Assembly: GCA_031835245.2 (NCBI GenBank)
Contig: JAVKOQ020000066.1
Span: 186,001 to 219,953, forward strand
Reading direction: 5' to 3'
Length of the DNA: 33,953 nucleotides
DNA from: Balamuthia mandrillaris
Lineage: Eukaryota
Shown piece after piece: positions 9,574-23,553 of this stretch. A program made the position numbers and the translations under genes. Position 1 is the first letter of the stretch. Every line of letters starts with the position of its first letter. A model generated the notes under the pieces. The model was not told the DNA's origin, did not search any database, and saw only the letters and a program-made list of their open reading frames with translations.

Positions 9574-10768
9574 TCAGCACTCTTCAAAGGACACCAGATA
9601 CAAAACTGCGGAAATGAAACGGAATGGAGTTAAAGGAGGAAGTCCTATACCGGAGAATAGAAGAAGAGGGTCCGCAAAGAGCGGCGTTTGGGTCGCCGAC
9701 ATCAAGCTGGAGAGCACGTTGTTCGTGATATGCAGGAGAACGCTTTCCCATAGGGAAGACGTTGCCATGACTTGAAGGCTGTAGAACAAGCCGATCTCCA
9801 TCCCCAATGCAATCTTTTCAAGAAGAAAACATAATCATAAATACAAAACAAAAGACTAAAGAAGAAGCATAACACACAAAAGAAGAGATTGGAGGGCAAC
9901 AACCTGAAAGAGAACGTAGCCTTTGGAGAAATGGGAGCTGGCTAGATTGATCAGATGGAACAACCCAAAGAAGACGCTGCTTAGCAAGGCACAACGACGA
10001 GCATCCTTACTCCTATGAGCAGCGAAAATGGTATCCAGACAACCAATAGTGTCAAAAATAAAAGAAAAGAAAAGAACTGGAGAGCAATGAGGAGAGAGGA
10101 CAGGAGCGGCCGTTTACCTGTTCCAAAGGATGAGAAGAATGCAACCCCGAAACACCAGTTCTTCCTTCAACGGATCCAAGAACAACATGTGAACTGCTCT
10201 GACAAAATCGAACCGAAAGCTAGGGGAATCGTCGGCATCTGTCGGGGATAGTTGCGCTACCGGTGATAAGTAGTTGTCGAGGGACAGAAAGGTTCCACCG
10301 CGCAGTGCGGAGTACAGGTAGACATAGAACAGGAAGGAGCACAGCTGATAGGCGAGCAGGTACATAGCCAGCTTGCTGAGACGGGGCAGCTTATCCAGCC
10401 CTATCCTTGGAGAAGAGCAAGAAGAAGATCAGAGATGAACAAGGGAAGAACGAAAGAAATAGAAGAAGGTGAAACAACGAACAAGAACCGCCTAACAAGA
10501 ACGACAAGCGCGAAAGCGAAAGGGGAGCATTACCACGAGGAGCCGTAGGAGCCTCTCACGACCAACGGCCTGATAAACCGCCACCACATCCACCCCAACA
10601 GCGCCGCAGTGCAAGCGCAAGAGGAGGCCACCTGCAACGCCGCAGAACGCCATTCCTCCCCCATAAGACAGGCAAGCAAAGAAGGCAGCTTGCTCGCCTG
10701 GAACTCGGCTGGCTCCACTCCTGTCAAGCTTGCACACTGAAATGGATGCAAAGTGTTAACACGCACAA

Positions 10769-10803
<35 letters not shown>

Positions 10804-11058
10804 GAGGGAGAGAGAGAGATAGGATGAGAGACTCACTTTTTGATAGGCGAAAGCAGAAGCACCGGGATCTACCACGAAAGGTTGGACGACCAGCCGGTGC
10901 ACCACCGCCAACCCGAACATGACCAAAGTGAACTCCACGATGCATAAAAATGCTTCCAAACAGGCGAACCACAGCGAGCCACGAAGGGCCGCTTGGAGCT
11001 GGCGGGCCTTCTCCCCTCCAGGGCCACCGCCCACCACTCCTCCCCTCCTCTCTGCCAT
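9574..11058 (-). CDS. CPBP (CAAX protease Rce1-like/Abi) family intramembrane protease, ~5 exons
   Basis: Hydrophobic exons carry family motifs PLKEELVFRG (EExxxR) and ESVLLHITNN (HxxxN); GT-AG introns, e.g. donor after AFAYQK. Confidence 0.82.
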
Positions 11059-11277
11059 TTTTTCTTTTGTGCTTTCTGTCGACAGAAATCGGAACGTGGG
11101 GCTTAGTCTGAAATTCCATTGGCTATCTCTTCCGAATGACTCCTCGTTTTACATTTGTTTGATTTCAGATTGGATTGTATGAGGAACAGTACAAAAGAAG
11201 AAGAAAGAAGAAAGAAGAGACGGCCAGCTGTTGTTCCTTATCCTTTGCTTTGTTTGTTCTGTTTTTTTAAAACACAC

Positions 11278-11556
11278 ATGCTGCAAAGGTTTTACGAGCG
11301 GCTAACAGAGCCCGCCCCTCCCATTCCTCCAAACTACTACCAAAAACTACACTACCGTAACGTCGATGTCTTCTCCCAGGCCTCCACCTTCCACCCAGCT
11401 GCGGAGACGGAGAAGCTGAAGCATGCGTCGTGGTATGCTCGCGTGTGGGCCTTCTTGATGCTGGAACAGAGCTGGCTGTTCTTGATCTTCCTGGGCATAT
11501 GCGTTGCGCTCTTTGTTATCACAGTGGACTTCATGATCGAGCAGCTCATACTTGGT

Positions 11557-11604
<48 letters not shown>

Positions 11605-11765
11605 TTCTTCTCTTCTCTTCTCTTCTCTTCTCTTCTCTTCTCTTCTTTTCTCTTCTCTTCTCTTCTCTTCTCTTCTCTTCTCTTCTCTTCTCTTCTCTTC
11701 TCTTCTTCTCTTCTCTTCTCTTCTCTTCCTTCTCCTTCTCCTCTTTCTTCTCTTCCTCTCCTTCG

Positions 11766-11811
<46 letters not shown>

Positions 11812-14295
11812 CAACTTGCTACAGTTCGAGATTCCTTCACCTCCTATACCAATAGCTTCTTTCTCAACTACCTTCTATGGATCTTTATTGGCATGCTCTT
11901 CTCTTTTCTTGCGGGTGTTTGTGTTCATTTGATCAGCCCTCATGGTACTTTCAAAAACTTTCTCCTCCTCCATGTTTTCCTTCTTAGACCTTAAGGTCTC
12001 TTTCTAATTGGCCAACCACTGAACAGCGGCTGGCTCTGGTATTCCTGAAATGAAGAGCATTCTTTCGGGGATAGCAATGGACCACTACCTCTCCCTTAGC
12101 ACAATTCTAGCTAAGGCAATAGGTTTGGTCTTCTCCATCGCTGGTGGACTCAGTGTGGGTCGTGAGGGACCTTATGTTCACCTTGCAGCTGGTGTTGCCT
12201 ATCAGCTCACCGAGTTTCCGCTCTTCAAACGTATTCGAAAGGTTTGTTTCGGCTTCTTTGTTGTCAAACGAGACCGTTCAATGTGGGAGGTTTGAGTTTA
12301 TAACGTTGTGAACGTTTCGTGCAGAGCGATGCTCTACGTTATCAGATGATTGCAGCCGGTTGCGCTGTTGGCGTTGCTGTTTGCTTTGGTGCTCCCATTG
12401 GAGGTAACTTTTTGATTTGCCTCACTGTTCTTTGTTCGTTGTTTAATTCTGAGAATTATAGGCGTGCTTTTCAGCATTGAAGTAACAACAACATACTATC
12501 TGATACAAAACTTGTGGAAGGGTTTCTTCTGCGCTGTTGCTGGGTCATTCATTGCTCGTTTGATAGGACCGATGGGTAGCTTCATCTCTTCTTATTCTTT
12601 TTAGTCTCGTTTACATTATTTTAAACAAACAAAAACCCATCACAGGCTGGAAAGCACTATTTTCAACAGAGTTCAGTGGATTGCCTTATGATCCCACCGA
12701 GTTGGTTGCGTTCGCCGTGTTGGGTATTTATTTAGTTATATTTGTCATTCTCTCTATCTTTCTTCGTCTTCTGAACTTTTAGATCTTCTTCCTTTATCTC
12801 TTGCTGTAGCCATCATTTTAGGATTCGCTGCAGCTTTATTCACAAGATTGGTGGTGGCGTTGGTGATGATACGTCGGCGCTATCGTATTACCTCTATAGC
12901 GAACTGGCACAGTAGATATGTCCAAATATTGGTCATCGCTTTTCTAACTGCGTTGTTTACCTTTCCCGTTAGTGCTTTTCGTGTACGTATTACTGTATCC
13001 TGGAAAACTTTTTAGTTGGTACTCATCAAGCGCTATCATGAAAGGGAATTGATGTAATGAACCAGTTGTTCAGCGAGAAGGGGATCGAAGATGCTTGGGG
13101 TTCCCCAAACCTTATTTTCAACTTGGCGGCATTCATTGTTTGCAAGTTCTTCTTGACAGCTGTTACCATCGGCCTTTCTTTACCTTGTGGATTGTACACA
13201 CCTGTATTCGTTATTGGTACCCCCCCCCGAAGGCAAAGTGTTGTCCTTTTTTTTCCCCACCAAATTTTGCTGCGTGGCGCCGCCCCCCCCCCCCCTTTCG
13301 TCCTCTTTGTCTACAATGTGCTTTATTTCGTTTGGACTTATTATTTTGAAGGAGCGGCTTTTGGTAGGTTGGTTGGTGAAATATTTGCTATTGCTGTTCC
13401 ATCTCTTAACGTCGTAGCTGGCGGATATGCTGTTGTTGGTAACTTCCCCTCGCTCTCTCTGCTCTCTGCTCTCTACGCTCCATTCCTCTATGATTCTTTC
13501 GCATACGTGTATAGTTAGACTAATATGGGTGGCACAGGGGCTGCTGCATTTAGCGCTGGCGTTACTCGCACAATATCCACTTCAGTTATCGTATTTGAAC
13601 TAACAGGTACCTACGCAAACCGCTGCGTTGTGGGTTTTATGGTTTATGTCTTACATCGTTACTGTTTAAAGGCCAGTTGAATCACGTCTTGCCAGTAATG
13701 GTTGCGGTGCTGATAGCATCGGCTATTAGCAGCACGTTCAGCTTGAGTATTTATGATACATTGTTACAATTGAAAGGACTTCCCTATATGCCTCCATTCG
13801 GGTATATTCGGTATGTTGCTACGACAGTTTCTATCCTGTTCGTTGGACAATTTCTAAAACTATGTAACATTTTCTATAGAGCCACCAATAAGAAAGCCAA
13901 AGATATAATGCAGCAGGATGTCGTCTATCTTCGGAAAGACAGTACTTATACTGATTTGGCCCGGTTGTTGGAAACATCCTCCCACTCTTCTTATCCTATT
14001 GTTGTGAACAAAGGTACTCTTCTTATTTTTTTTCAATAGAGAGAAGAAGACAGACAACATAAGCTACGTATATAATGCTCAACAATACATTGATGCAGAG
14101 AGTATGAGCTTGTATGGAGCTATAAGCAGAGATGGCTTGGAGCACATGCTTGAACGACACGAACAAAAATTCAACGCCTATCTGCGACAAAAACGACAGT
14201 CAGCACCAATGGGCAACTATTTCACACCTATAATGGTACCACCTCATCTTTCATTCTCTCGTTCTGTCTTCCTTTTTCTCTGCATCCTGTTCTTC

Positions 14296-14328
<33 letters not shown>

Positions 14329-15066
14329 CTCTCTTCTTCATCGTTCTGTTCATCGTTCTCTTCGCTTCTCTTCATTGTTCTCTTCTACTCTTTTTTAAAT
14401 ACTCTAACCTTTTCATTCGCTAATAATGGTAATAGTTGTCCAAGTCAAGCAGCATTCGTAATCTTATGAAAGGCATGTCCTCAAAGGATAGTATTAAAGA
14501 AAACAGAGCTGAACTTCCTCCAATTGGTGACACCATGAACAAAGGTGTAGAAAATGTAATCGAAGAGGAAGAATACGAAGCTGAGATGGAGCATGAAGGC
14601 AGTCTGGAAGACCTTTATGAGGAGCGAGAGAAATTCTTTGCCGCTAAGATAACGGACGACTTTCCACAACTGCATCAGCGCCTCTCCGTTTCCAACGACT
14701 ACAGTTCGTACCTCTTCTACAGTTTTTTCTTCTTGTGTTCATTTACCCTAATTTTTTCCTCCTTACTCAAAACTAACTATAAATGTTTACTCAGACGATG
14801 AGAAACATAAGGAACGGGACATAGAAGACGGAAACAATGAAGAAGAAGGGGAAGGAGATGAAGAGGACGAAGAGGACGAGGTGCCAGCGGGGTGGTGCAT
14901 CGATCCGTGCCCCTTCCAAGTGGTCGACAAGACGCCTCTCAGCAAAGTGCACTTCATGTTCAGCATGTTGGGCTTAACGCACGCCTACGTGACGAGCGGC
15001 GGCACGCTAGTTGGCATCATCACGAAGAGAGACCTCATGCGACTTACCACTTATAATAACAACTAA
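11278..15066 (+). CDS. CLC-family chloride channel with C-terminal CBS domains, multi-exon (start uncertain)
   Basis: Signature motifs GSGIPEMK, GREGPYVH, GAPIGGVLFSIEVT, PCGLYTPVFVIG, GGYAVVG, SIYD; CBS-like IDPCPFQVV...LVGIITKRDL. Confidence 0.96.
11558..11806. repeat. Intronic (CT)n/(TCTTC)n microsatellite
   Basis: ~250-nt essentially pure pyrimidine tract in the first CLC intron. Confidence 0.95.
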
Positions 15067-15158
15067 CCACAAAAACAAAAAAGAAGAAAGAAAAGAGCAA
15101 AAAAAGGAGATAGTCGTGTCGGTTGGTGAAGTTGTGCAAATCTTCACCGCTCGGAGAG

Positions 15159-15393
15159 ATGCGGTGCTCACAGTTACGGAGAACATGGTGGCTGGGGTGT
15201 CTGGCTTTGTTTGGGCTTGTTGGGGTGTTGACCGGGTTTTGGATGAGTTCGTGGGAAGGAGCAAACAAGAACGAGGAAATAAGAACACCTCGCAGAGGCC
15301 AGTACCGACACTGGCCGAAAGGGCTCACGCCTCATCCTTCCGTGCATGTAGTGCGTATCCTCATCTTACCTCTCACTCTCTCACATTCACACA

Positions 15394-15434
<41 letters not shown>

Positions 15435-16843
15435 TGTCTCAACGGATAACATGTTCAGATGCTGGAGAGCTCAACTCTGGAGGAGAAAGAAACAAAGCAA
15501 GTTTTTGACACAAACTTTCCAGCTTTACCTGAACCAACACTGTCTGAAGCAGAAAGAAGTTTGCTCGACTGGAAGGCCGGTTGCGACGGATGTCACGCTT
15601 CCGCTCCTTTCTATGCGGCCACAGAGAAGCTTGAACGCCAGTTAGTGCTGGTGGCAGGCGCAGAAGGCAGTGGCACTACTTTTGTGGCTCAGCTTCTCTC
15701 CTCGATTTCGGACAAGGCTAGCTTCCTGCCTCAACAGATGCAACCACGAGATACAAGCAGTTTAGCCGCCTTTAGCAAAGCTAGCCATAAACTCTGGTCC
15801 ACCGGCATGATCCCCCGCTGTTCTTTTCACGTGACCTTCTTGCTTCCTTTCTTGCTCATGTTGTGCTTCCATTGTACTTTCAACAAAACAGGTCCATGGA
15901 AGCAAGTGGAGGCGGCAAAAGAAGAGCTCCTGACCCATCTGCTCTCTCTCTTTCTCGAGGGAATGGGGCATCGCAGGTCCCGCTCTCACCTGATAATGCA
16001 CCGCTCCTACCCGGACTTTGACCAGAACCACTATCCCGACCTCTCCTACGATTTCTTCATGCTGTTACGCCCTGCCAACATCTCCTTCAAGCCCATCATC
16101 GTATTTCGTGAGCCTGAAGGTACCTACTCTTCATCTCCTCTCCGTTATCTATAAACTCCAGCTCAAACACAACACCAGAGGCAGCACATTCAAACTACAG
16201 ACGAAACTGGGGTCATTTGAGGGTTAAGGTGGCTGTTCCGCTAGATAACAAGGACGACGCAGGAGAAAGCGGAGGAGATGCAAAAACAACGACGACAAAG
16301 ATGGTGAGAGACTTGTTGTCAAGCGCACGCTCCACGGAGCGATGGTTGACGTTCATTACGGCCCAACTGCGAACGCTGCATCCCTCCGACTACATCCTGC
16401 TCAACTTTAACCAGCTTATAGCTCAACATCACCAAAACAAAGAAGAGAAGAAAGAAGAGGATAAAAAGGAAGAAGAAGAAACAGAATGGTGTGGCCACAA
16501 AGCGGATCAGGGTTGTGAACTGAAGAGGGTGACTCGTTTTTTGGGATGGTCGAAGCAGGAGGAAGATAGGTTGAAGGAGATGTTGCAGGAGAGGTCAAGG
16601 CCGCCCTCTGACTTTAGGCACTCCCTCGAAGAAGAGGAAGCCGCTTTCCTACGGTCCTACTTCACACCACAACGAAAGGCCAAGTGGGGATGGCTGCGCG
16701 CTCGTTCCTTTTGCTGTCCTCATCTAACTTCTTCGTCTTCATCTGCTGCTGGTTCTTCGACTAAAGAGCAGATGGAAGGGGAAGGGGAAGGAGAAGGAGA
16801 AGCAGGGACAGTTGAAGCGGAAGAAATGCACAGGGAGAACTAA
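15159..16843 (+). CDS. Putative type II membrane sulfotransferase-like (P-loop fold) protein, ~4 exons
   Basis: N-terminal signal anchor WWLGCLALFGLVGVLTGFW; 5'-PSB-like LVLVAGAEGSGTTFVAQLL; 3'-PB-like IIVFREP. Confidence 0.62.
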
Positions 16844-17041
16844 CGAGGGTAGGAGTTGATTGATGGGAATGTGGATCAACGAAATAAGGCAAAAAGTAAG
16901 GAAGAATGTACATACATTATTTATCAAAAAAAGGGCAGTAGCATTGATTACTTTTTTTTCTGGCGTGGCTTGGTTCGGTGAGTTTGGTTGGCAGTAAAAA
17001 CGGGTTTGATAAAAGAGAAAGGAGATGGTTATTGGCAGTAA

Positions 17042-20000
17042 TCAATGTTTGTTACTATCAGTAGGGAGGTCATCTTCGTCTTCGTTTGGAAGTTGCTGTG
17101 GTACTGGGGTTCTGGTGGTACGAATGGAGGATGAGGTGGCAGAAGGGGCTATTGAGGCTGAGGAAGACGAAGGGAAGGTGGAAGAGGCAAAACTTGGGGT
17201 GACATTGGTAAATATGGTTGTGGCTGAAGAGGAACTCCCACTGCTTTGGTGGGCCAATGGCGGATGAAGGTGAGATGACGGATGGCTAACATGCAACGAG
17301 GTTGGTTGCTGTTGATGTGGGAGGTGATGGTGGTGATGATGGTGGTGGTGCCGACGAGAAGAAGAATGAGGGGTTGCTGAAACAGCAGCGGATGAGGAGG
17401 AAGCGGAAGGAAGATGATGTGGGAGACCTGGATGTTGTAAACGAAGGACAGCACCAGGATCCGTGGTGGTAGCTGTTGCATAAAAACCTTGGGTGACTGT
17501 TTGTCCACGTTGTGGTTGAGATTGTTGAAGTTGTTGAAAAGCGGAAGAGGAAGAGGAAGAGGCAGAAGAAGATGAAGGAGCACGTTGATTTGGTGGAAAT
17601 GAAACGGGGGAGAGAAGGGAGGGGATATAACCTTGGCGGTGATGAGGTGAAGAAGAATCAGAGGATATTGGCTGTTGTGAACGTAAGCGATAATGAGAAG
17701 AAGACAAAGAAGAACCGGAAGAGGGAGTTGAGGGAGTAGGAGAAGAAGAAAACAACGGCGCTGGTGACGAAGAAGAGGCTGCTGCTTGCGCCGTGTATGA
17801 AGAAGTAGAAGTAGATGCTCCACTATTGTTTTGTTGCTCGCCGTCGTCATCGCAGCTTCCATCGCTGCCTCCTTCCTCTCTGTTATTTTGTCCATCCTCT
17901 CTGTCCATGGCATCACCACCTTGGTAAGAGAGTCGATGTTTGTTGCCTTCAGACAAGTTTTGTCGTTCGAGCCGCAGTCGTTGCCGTTCTTGTTCTTGTT
18001 CTCGTTGCCGCCGAACAATGTGCATTGGAGCAGTAAAGTCCCATGTTATCACTGTTCGATCCTTTCCAGCACTCACTTTCCACCATTCAAAACAAAATGA
18101 GAATTTCCGGAAGGAAAAAAGTGTATAAAAGAAAAAACCAACCGATTTGGTATTCATCAAAGCAAAGGTTATATACAGTATGGTCTTGACCGTGGAGGGT
18201 AAGCCGGCTATCCCCTGGCTCTCTCATATCCCAGATCTTGATAAACGTGTCCACCGAACCGCTCACTTGAAAAAAAAAAAGAAAAGGAAATAAATGAGTA
18301 CCAGAGTCAGAGAAGAGAACAGGCAGGCGCAAGGGCATACCTATTTTGCGCTCATCGAATTGCAGGCACATGATACGATCAGCATGTCCTTTCAATGTGG
18401 ATAAGCATTGTCCTGTTTCAAGATCCCAAATCTTGATCAAGTTATCCTGAGGAAGTAATGAATTTTAAGCAAGGTCAAGTCTCTTTGAGAGAGAGAGAGA
18501 GAGAAGGGGGAACAAACCCATGCTCCAGAAACGATCTTGTTGTCATCAAACTTTAAGCATCGGATGGAGTTGGTATGACCTCGAAGAGTGTTGAGGGTTT
18601 CTCCTGTCTCCCGGTCCCAAATGCGAATGGTCTTATCCACGGAACCACTCATTATAAGCCTCGAATCGAACTCCAAGCAATAGACTGTGTAATGGTGGCC
18701 TCTTAAAGTAGTTTCCAAAGCTCCAGAATGCAGATCCCATATCTTGACAGTGGTGTCACGAGCTCCACTTACTGTAATGATAAAGGCATTAGAACAAACA
18801 GGGAAGAAACCGAAGGAATGAATAGTTACCAATCTGGCGATCATCAAAACGAAGGGTGCGAACTCCATTCATGTGTCCCTGAAGAACATGCTGGCACTGG
18901 CCTCCAGCCATGTCCCAAATGCGAATGGTGTTATCCTTGGAACCGCTGATGATATAAGTGTCATTGAAGTCAAGGCACATGACCGAGTCGGAGTGGCCTG
19001 ACATCTCCATGAGGCACTCGCCCGTGTGAATGTCGGAAACTTGAATGGTGTCGGTGGCAGCCACCAATCGTGTATCATCGAACTGAAGGCAGAAGGCAGG
19101 CCCTCCTTTTTGGCAAGGCACGCTGCGAATGGCATAGTGGCCGTGTTTCCAGTTGGAGTCGATACGAAGACGATTCATGAAGATATCTCGCCAACTGGTT
19201 TTCAATCGCTTTTTAGTTGGTCCCTCTTCGATCCTATGCGAGTTGGTTTTCGAAATGCTATTCTCTGTCATTTTGCCTTTATCCGATGTTTGCTCTTCCT
19301 TTTCTTTTCCTTTCGCCTCAGAAAGAGTTGTTTTCACTTGAATCCGATTTGAAGTAGTCGTTTCGTTTTCTTCTGCCTCAAAGTCCGTCTCACTCCTTTT
19401 CCGCTTCCCACCTACAACAATAGAAGACGTGTCACTTGGAGGCGACGACTCAGCAGGCGAAGGTAAAGAAGAAGGGGATGAGGAGGAAGAAGCTACAATA
19501 GTGCTGTCCCCGCCACAACCATCGTAGGTGAGCCTGTTGCCATATTGGCCATTTCTCCTGGCGAATGGCTTCATCAGCGCAGCAGCAGCTGACAAGGCAG
19601 AAGCAGAAGTGGAGGATGAAGTGGACGAGGCAAGAGCAGCAGGAGCAGAGTTGGGCCATTTAGAGAGGAAAAGGTGTCGCCAGAGATGATTGTCTTGCGC
19701 AGAGGCAGCCCAGTGTTTGTTCAAACAAGCCACGTTGATGAGGTCTTGCCAGTCAAGGAACGAAAGGACGTGTAGGCAGAGTTCTTCTGGCAGCACAGAA
19801 AAGTAACCATGTGACGCTCGTGCTGCTGACATACTATGCGCGCTCTTTTATTGTTTATTTGTTTGGGTTTTTTGTTGTTGTTGGTGAAATTATCAGTTGG
19901 TCGTTTTCATTCAAACAATGCTAAAGCTAAGTGTGAAGTGATGAAGGAAACACATACCAGGAAAGTATAGACGCCGGTCACGCTCTCGAGGCGGCGCTTA

Positions 20001-20503
20001 AGATCTTGCAGTTGCTCGAAAAAGAGTTGAGGAACGTTGTCAAGATAGGGATACAGCTCCTCCTTCTTCAGGTTATCATAAAAGTGTTGCAAGGAGCGTT
20101 CCAACTCGTTCACTGAGTGGTTCACTCGCCGAAACATACCCGCGTCGTACTTGATCTCAGCAGGCTCTAAGAGCAAAGAGTTTCTTCGGCTCTCCGTTTC
20201 TTCTGCTGCTTCCGTTGTCTCTTCCCCTGCCTTTTGCTCGGAGGACTCTTCCTCCTCCGACGGTTCTGTTTCTCTGCCTTCCTCACCTTCTCCACTCTCT
20301 TTTCCTCTCTTCTTTGCTTCGTTTAGCAGCGTGCCTCGCCTCTGTTTTTTCCTTGTGCTTCTTACCCGCTCGACGTTATTGCTTGGGCCTTCCGTCCCAA
20401 CCCCATCTTCAGCCTCCACTAGCGGCACGGTGCCGTGCGTAGCAGCTGTTGTGGTTCGATCTGGCGCGTTCTCCTCAACCGAGGATGTTCGCTGGGGCTC
20501 CAT
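17042..20503 (-). CDS. F-box/WD40-repeat protein (FBXW7/beta-TrCP/Met30-like SCF substrate receptor), multi-exon
   Basis: F-box LPEELCLHVLSFLDWQDLINVACLNKHW and about seven WD repeats (GH...SGS.D.TIRIWD). Exon 20503-~19958 splices in frame (TFL|SAHSM). S/Q/H-rich tail. Confidence 0.93.
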
Positions 20504-21103
20504 ATCTGTGATTTTCGTTTCTGATGTGTTTGTGGGGAGAGAGAGTGTGTGTGTAAGAGTTTCTGGGTGTCAGCAGTTACCACCACACAAAGTTGAAACA
20601 ACAAACAAACGACCCTACGTTCTGATTTGCTGTCAGAAAAACCAAAGAGAACAAGTCTGTAGCAGCAGATGAAAAGATCTGCTTGTTTTTTTTTCACTTG
20701 GCCAAGTGATGGTCTGTGAGCGCCCCTGACAGACTTTGGTGGTTTCCCTCTCCCAAAGAAAAAAGCCCAAGTCAAAGAACCCCGTTGTGTGTGTTGGTTG
20801 GTTGTTGGGGGACAAGCTCGAGCACGGTTTTATGTTTTGGTTGGTGTCCTCCTCCCCACACTTGCGTGTTGTTGCTCCGTTGAGCTTCTGCGGCAACAAA
20901 TGGTGGAGGGCTTGTCGATTTTTTGCCAAGTCGGTACAAACGAACCCTCAGCGAATATCTCTAAAAGAGAACTCCAGGACGTCATGAAGATCACATGAGG
21001 AGTCGTTAAACATTTCCAGCGAAGAAAAAAGAAAGAAACGGTGGAAAGGGGCGGTCTCTCCTCCCTCCTCTGTTTTTGTTTTTTGCAGAAAGGAATCTGA
21101 CAA

Positions 21104-22003
21104 ATGGAAGCACCAAAGGGCTCGGACAGCGGCAACGCGAGCAACGACGTGGCGAACAGGGTGAAGAGACAGATCGAGTTCTACTTTAGCGACAGCAATT
21201 TTCCAAAGGACAAATTCTTGCGCGCGGAGAGCGAGAAGCACCCCGAGGGCTGTACGTCTTCCTGTTTGATCGTCATTGATGCTTCCTACTTGACTGCTTT
21301 TGTTGACGGTTTTTTTTCTTTCCCAGACGTACCCATCTCTCTCATTGCCTCGTTCAGCAGAATGAAGAACCTCAGCCAAGACGTCGAGTTCATTGCCAGC
21401 ACCCTCAAAGACTCTGAGGTCGTGGAAGTGAGCGAGGACGGCAAGCAAGTGAAGCGCAAGATTCCCCTCCCTCAAGAAGACACCTCCTCTCGTCGCAGCA
21501 TCTATGCCGTACGTCGTGCTTTGTCTTCGTCTTTTGTGTGTCGTGTTGTCTTAGTTTGTTGAACTTGTCTCATGGGGACTCGTATGTTTGTTTCTTTTTT
21601 GTCGTTGAAACCACAGAAAGGGTTCCCTAAGGACAGCACCATTGAGGACCTGCACGAATTCTTTTCCAAGGTTGGAGAGGTGCTCTCCGTGCGCATGCGA
21701 AGAAACAAAGACAAGTCTTTCAAAGGCTCCGCCTTCATAGAGTTCAAGACAGAAGAGGACGTGTCCAAAGCTGTCTCTGAGAAGCATGCCTACAAAGACA
21801 ATGAGCTCCTTGTCCTCACCAAGTAAGCCATCTCGTTTTTTCTTGTATCTCTGGTTATTTTATCCCTCTGACGATCCGCGCAGACAAGAATATTTCAACA
21901 AAAAGAGAGAGGAAAGGAAACAACGAGAGGCTGCCAGAAAGACAAAAAACAAGCGAAAGAATGAGGAGTGGGTATGCTTTTCTTTGGCCTTCCCTTGTCT
22001 TGA

Positions 22004-22048
<45 letters not shown>

Positions 22049-22397
22049 AACGGACTTGTAATGTATGCAAAACCACAAAAAGGAACGAGGTCTGATTTTG
22101 CACGTTACCGGAGTGCCTGAGACGGCCACCAAATGGGACCTCAAAGAGCTTTTCCAGAAACACGGCGCCAAGTTCGTGGACCACGAGGAAGGCCAGAAGG
22201 AAGCCCGCGTGCGCATGGCCACTCCAGAGGAGGCCTCCAAAGCCGTTCAAACCATCAACGAGGAGAAGGTCGAGCTGAAAGGCTCTGCCCTGACTTGCCG
22301 TCTGTTGGAGGGAGAGGAAGAGGAGAAGCACTGGAAAATGATCAACGAGCGGAAGGCCTCTGTCCAAAGCAAAAAGAAGCAACGCTCTTACTCTTAG
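21104..22397 (+). CDS. SSB: La autoantigen homolog (La motif, RRM1, RRM2), ~5 exons
   Basis: La motif KRQIEFYFSDSNFPKDKFL; RRM RSIYA|KGFP...FKGSAFIEF; second RRM-like exon ending LEGEEEEKHW. Confidence 0.93.
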
Positions 22398-23553
22398 AGC
22401 AGGAAAAACCTTCCTCCCTCCCCATCCAAGCTTTTTTTCTTCTTCATGGACAAATACAGACACAAGGGGGCTGATACTTGCTCTCCATTCTCTTTGCCCT
22501 TCTCTCGCACTCTCTTCTTGTTTCTCTCGAACGGAAGCGCGAGTGAGCGAAAAGGTTTTAAAAAATTAAAGTTTGCGCAATCACAGGGGAGAGAAACAGG
22601 GGGCTACCGTCAGCATGCTTTTTGTGAGGCAGGTTTCCCCACTCGTCTTCCGCTGCCCCATTTTGCTGTTGCGGTTGCGCTCCCTCCTCCATCTCTTCCT
22701 GTTTTGCTGCTGTTCAAACTGGACAAAAAGTGTGGCGAAACAAAAACAAAAGTGGATAAACATGACTTCTTTCCTCGTGCACAGCAAACCTCGCTGTGGT
22801 GCCCATCTTCCTCTTTGTTTGTGGGGCGGGTTTTTGGCGAAAAAAGCAAACCAAAAAAAATTCCAAATATGACTGAAAAGAAATGGCGAGGGAAAAAAGG
22901 GCAGCAAAAAAGTCCCTCCGCTTCCCCGCTACTTTAGGTAGAACTAGCGGGGGGAAAATAGTGTCGACAAGGACCACCGGCAAACACTACCATTGCGCGT
23001 TAGTCATATCCTCAACCATTGAACCTCGATGGGGAGGCAAGGTGAAGAAGAGAAAAAGTAGAGGTTGTAGCCCTTTTGTTGTCATGCGGAAGCTCGCCTC
23101 CCCATCGATGTTCGTCTGGATCATAGCAACCGCCCCGAAATCTCTGGCTCGTCGCTTCCGCGACAACGCGCTACAACCTCTACTTTTCTCTGTCTCTCAC
23201 TCACGCTTGCGAAAAAAACCACAGAGGAGTGAAGAGGAAAGCAAAGAGGGAGAAAAGTGTTGTATGCTGCGAAGACAGAAGACACAAAGAGAAAGACGGG
23301 GGGGAAGGGGGGGGGGTTCAAACTGCCAACAAGTTGTTGTCTGGCAGTCACTCTAAGTTTTTCAGGTTTAGGTTGTTCCATCACACTCCCTGAGAAAATA
23401 TGGAGTTGTCTTCACGTTGGTAATGCTGACGCAGCAGGACGGGAGTACTGCACTACTTTTTCAAGTTTCCTCGAAAAACCAAGGAGTAGTGCCCCATCTG
23501 CAGATTTCCCGCCAATACAACCCTGCACTCCTGTGGCAAGGGCGGCATTGCTG

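Noticed and set aside
11347..11932. ORFs rich in ER/EK or SL/FS
   Set aside because: Translations of an intronic microsatellite.
22446..23400. Several overlapping 80-160-aa ORFs
   Set aside because: Low-complexity intergenic sequence with homopolymer runs; no domain or consistent splice pattern.
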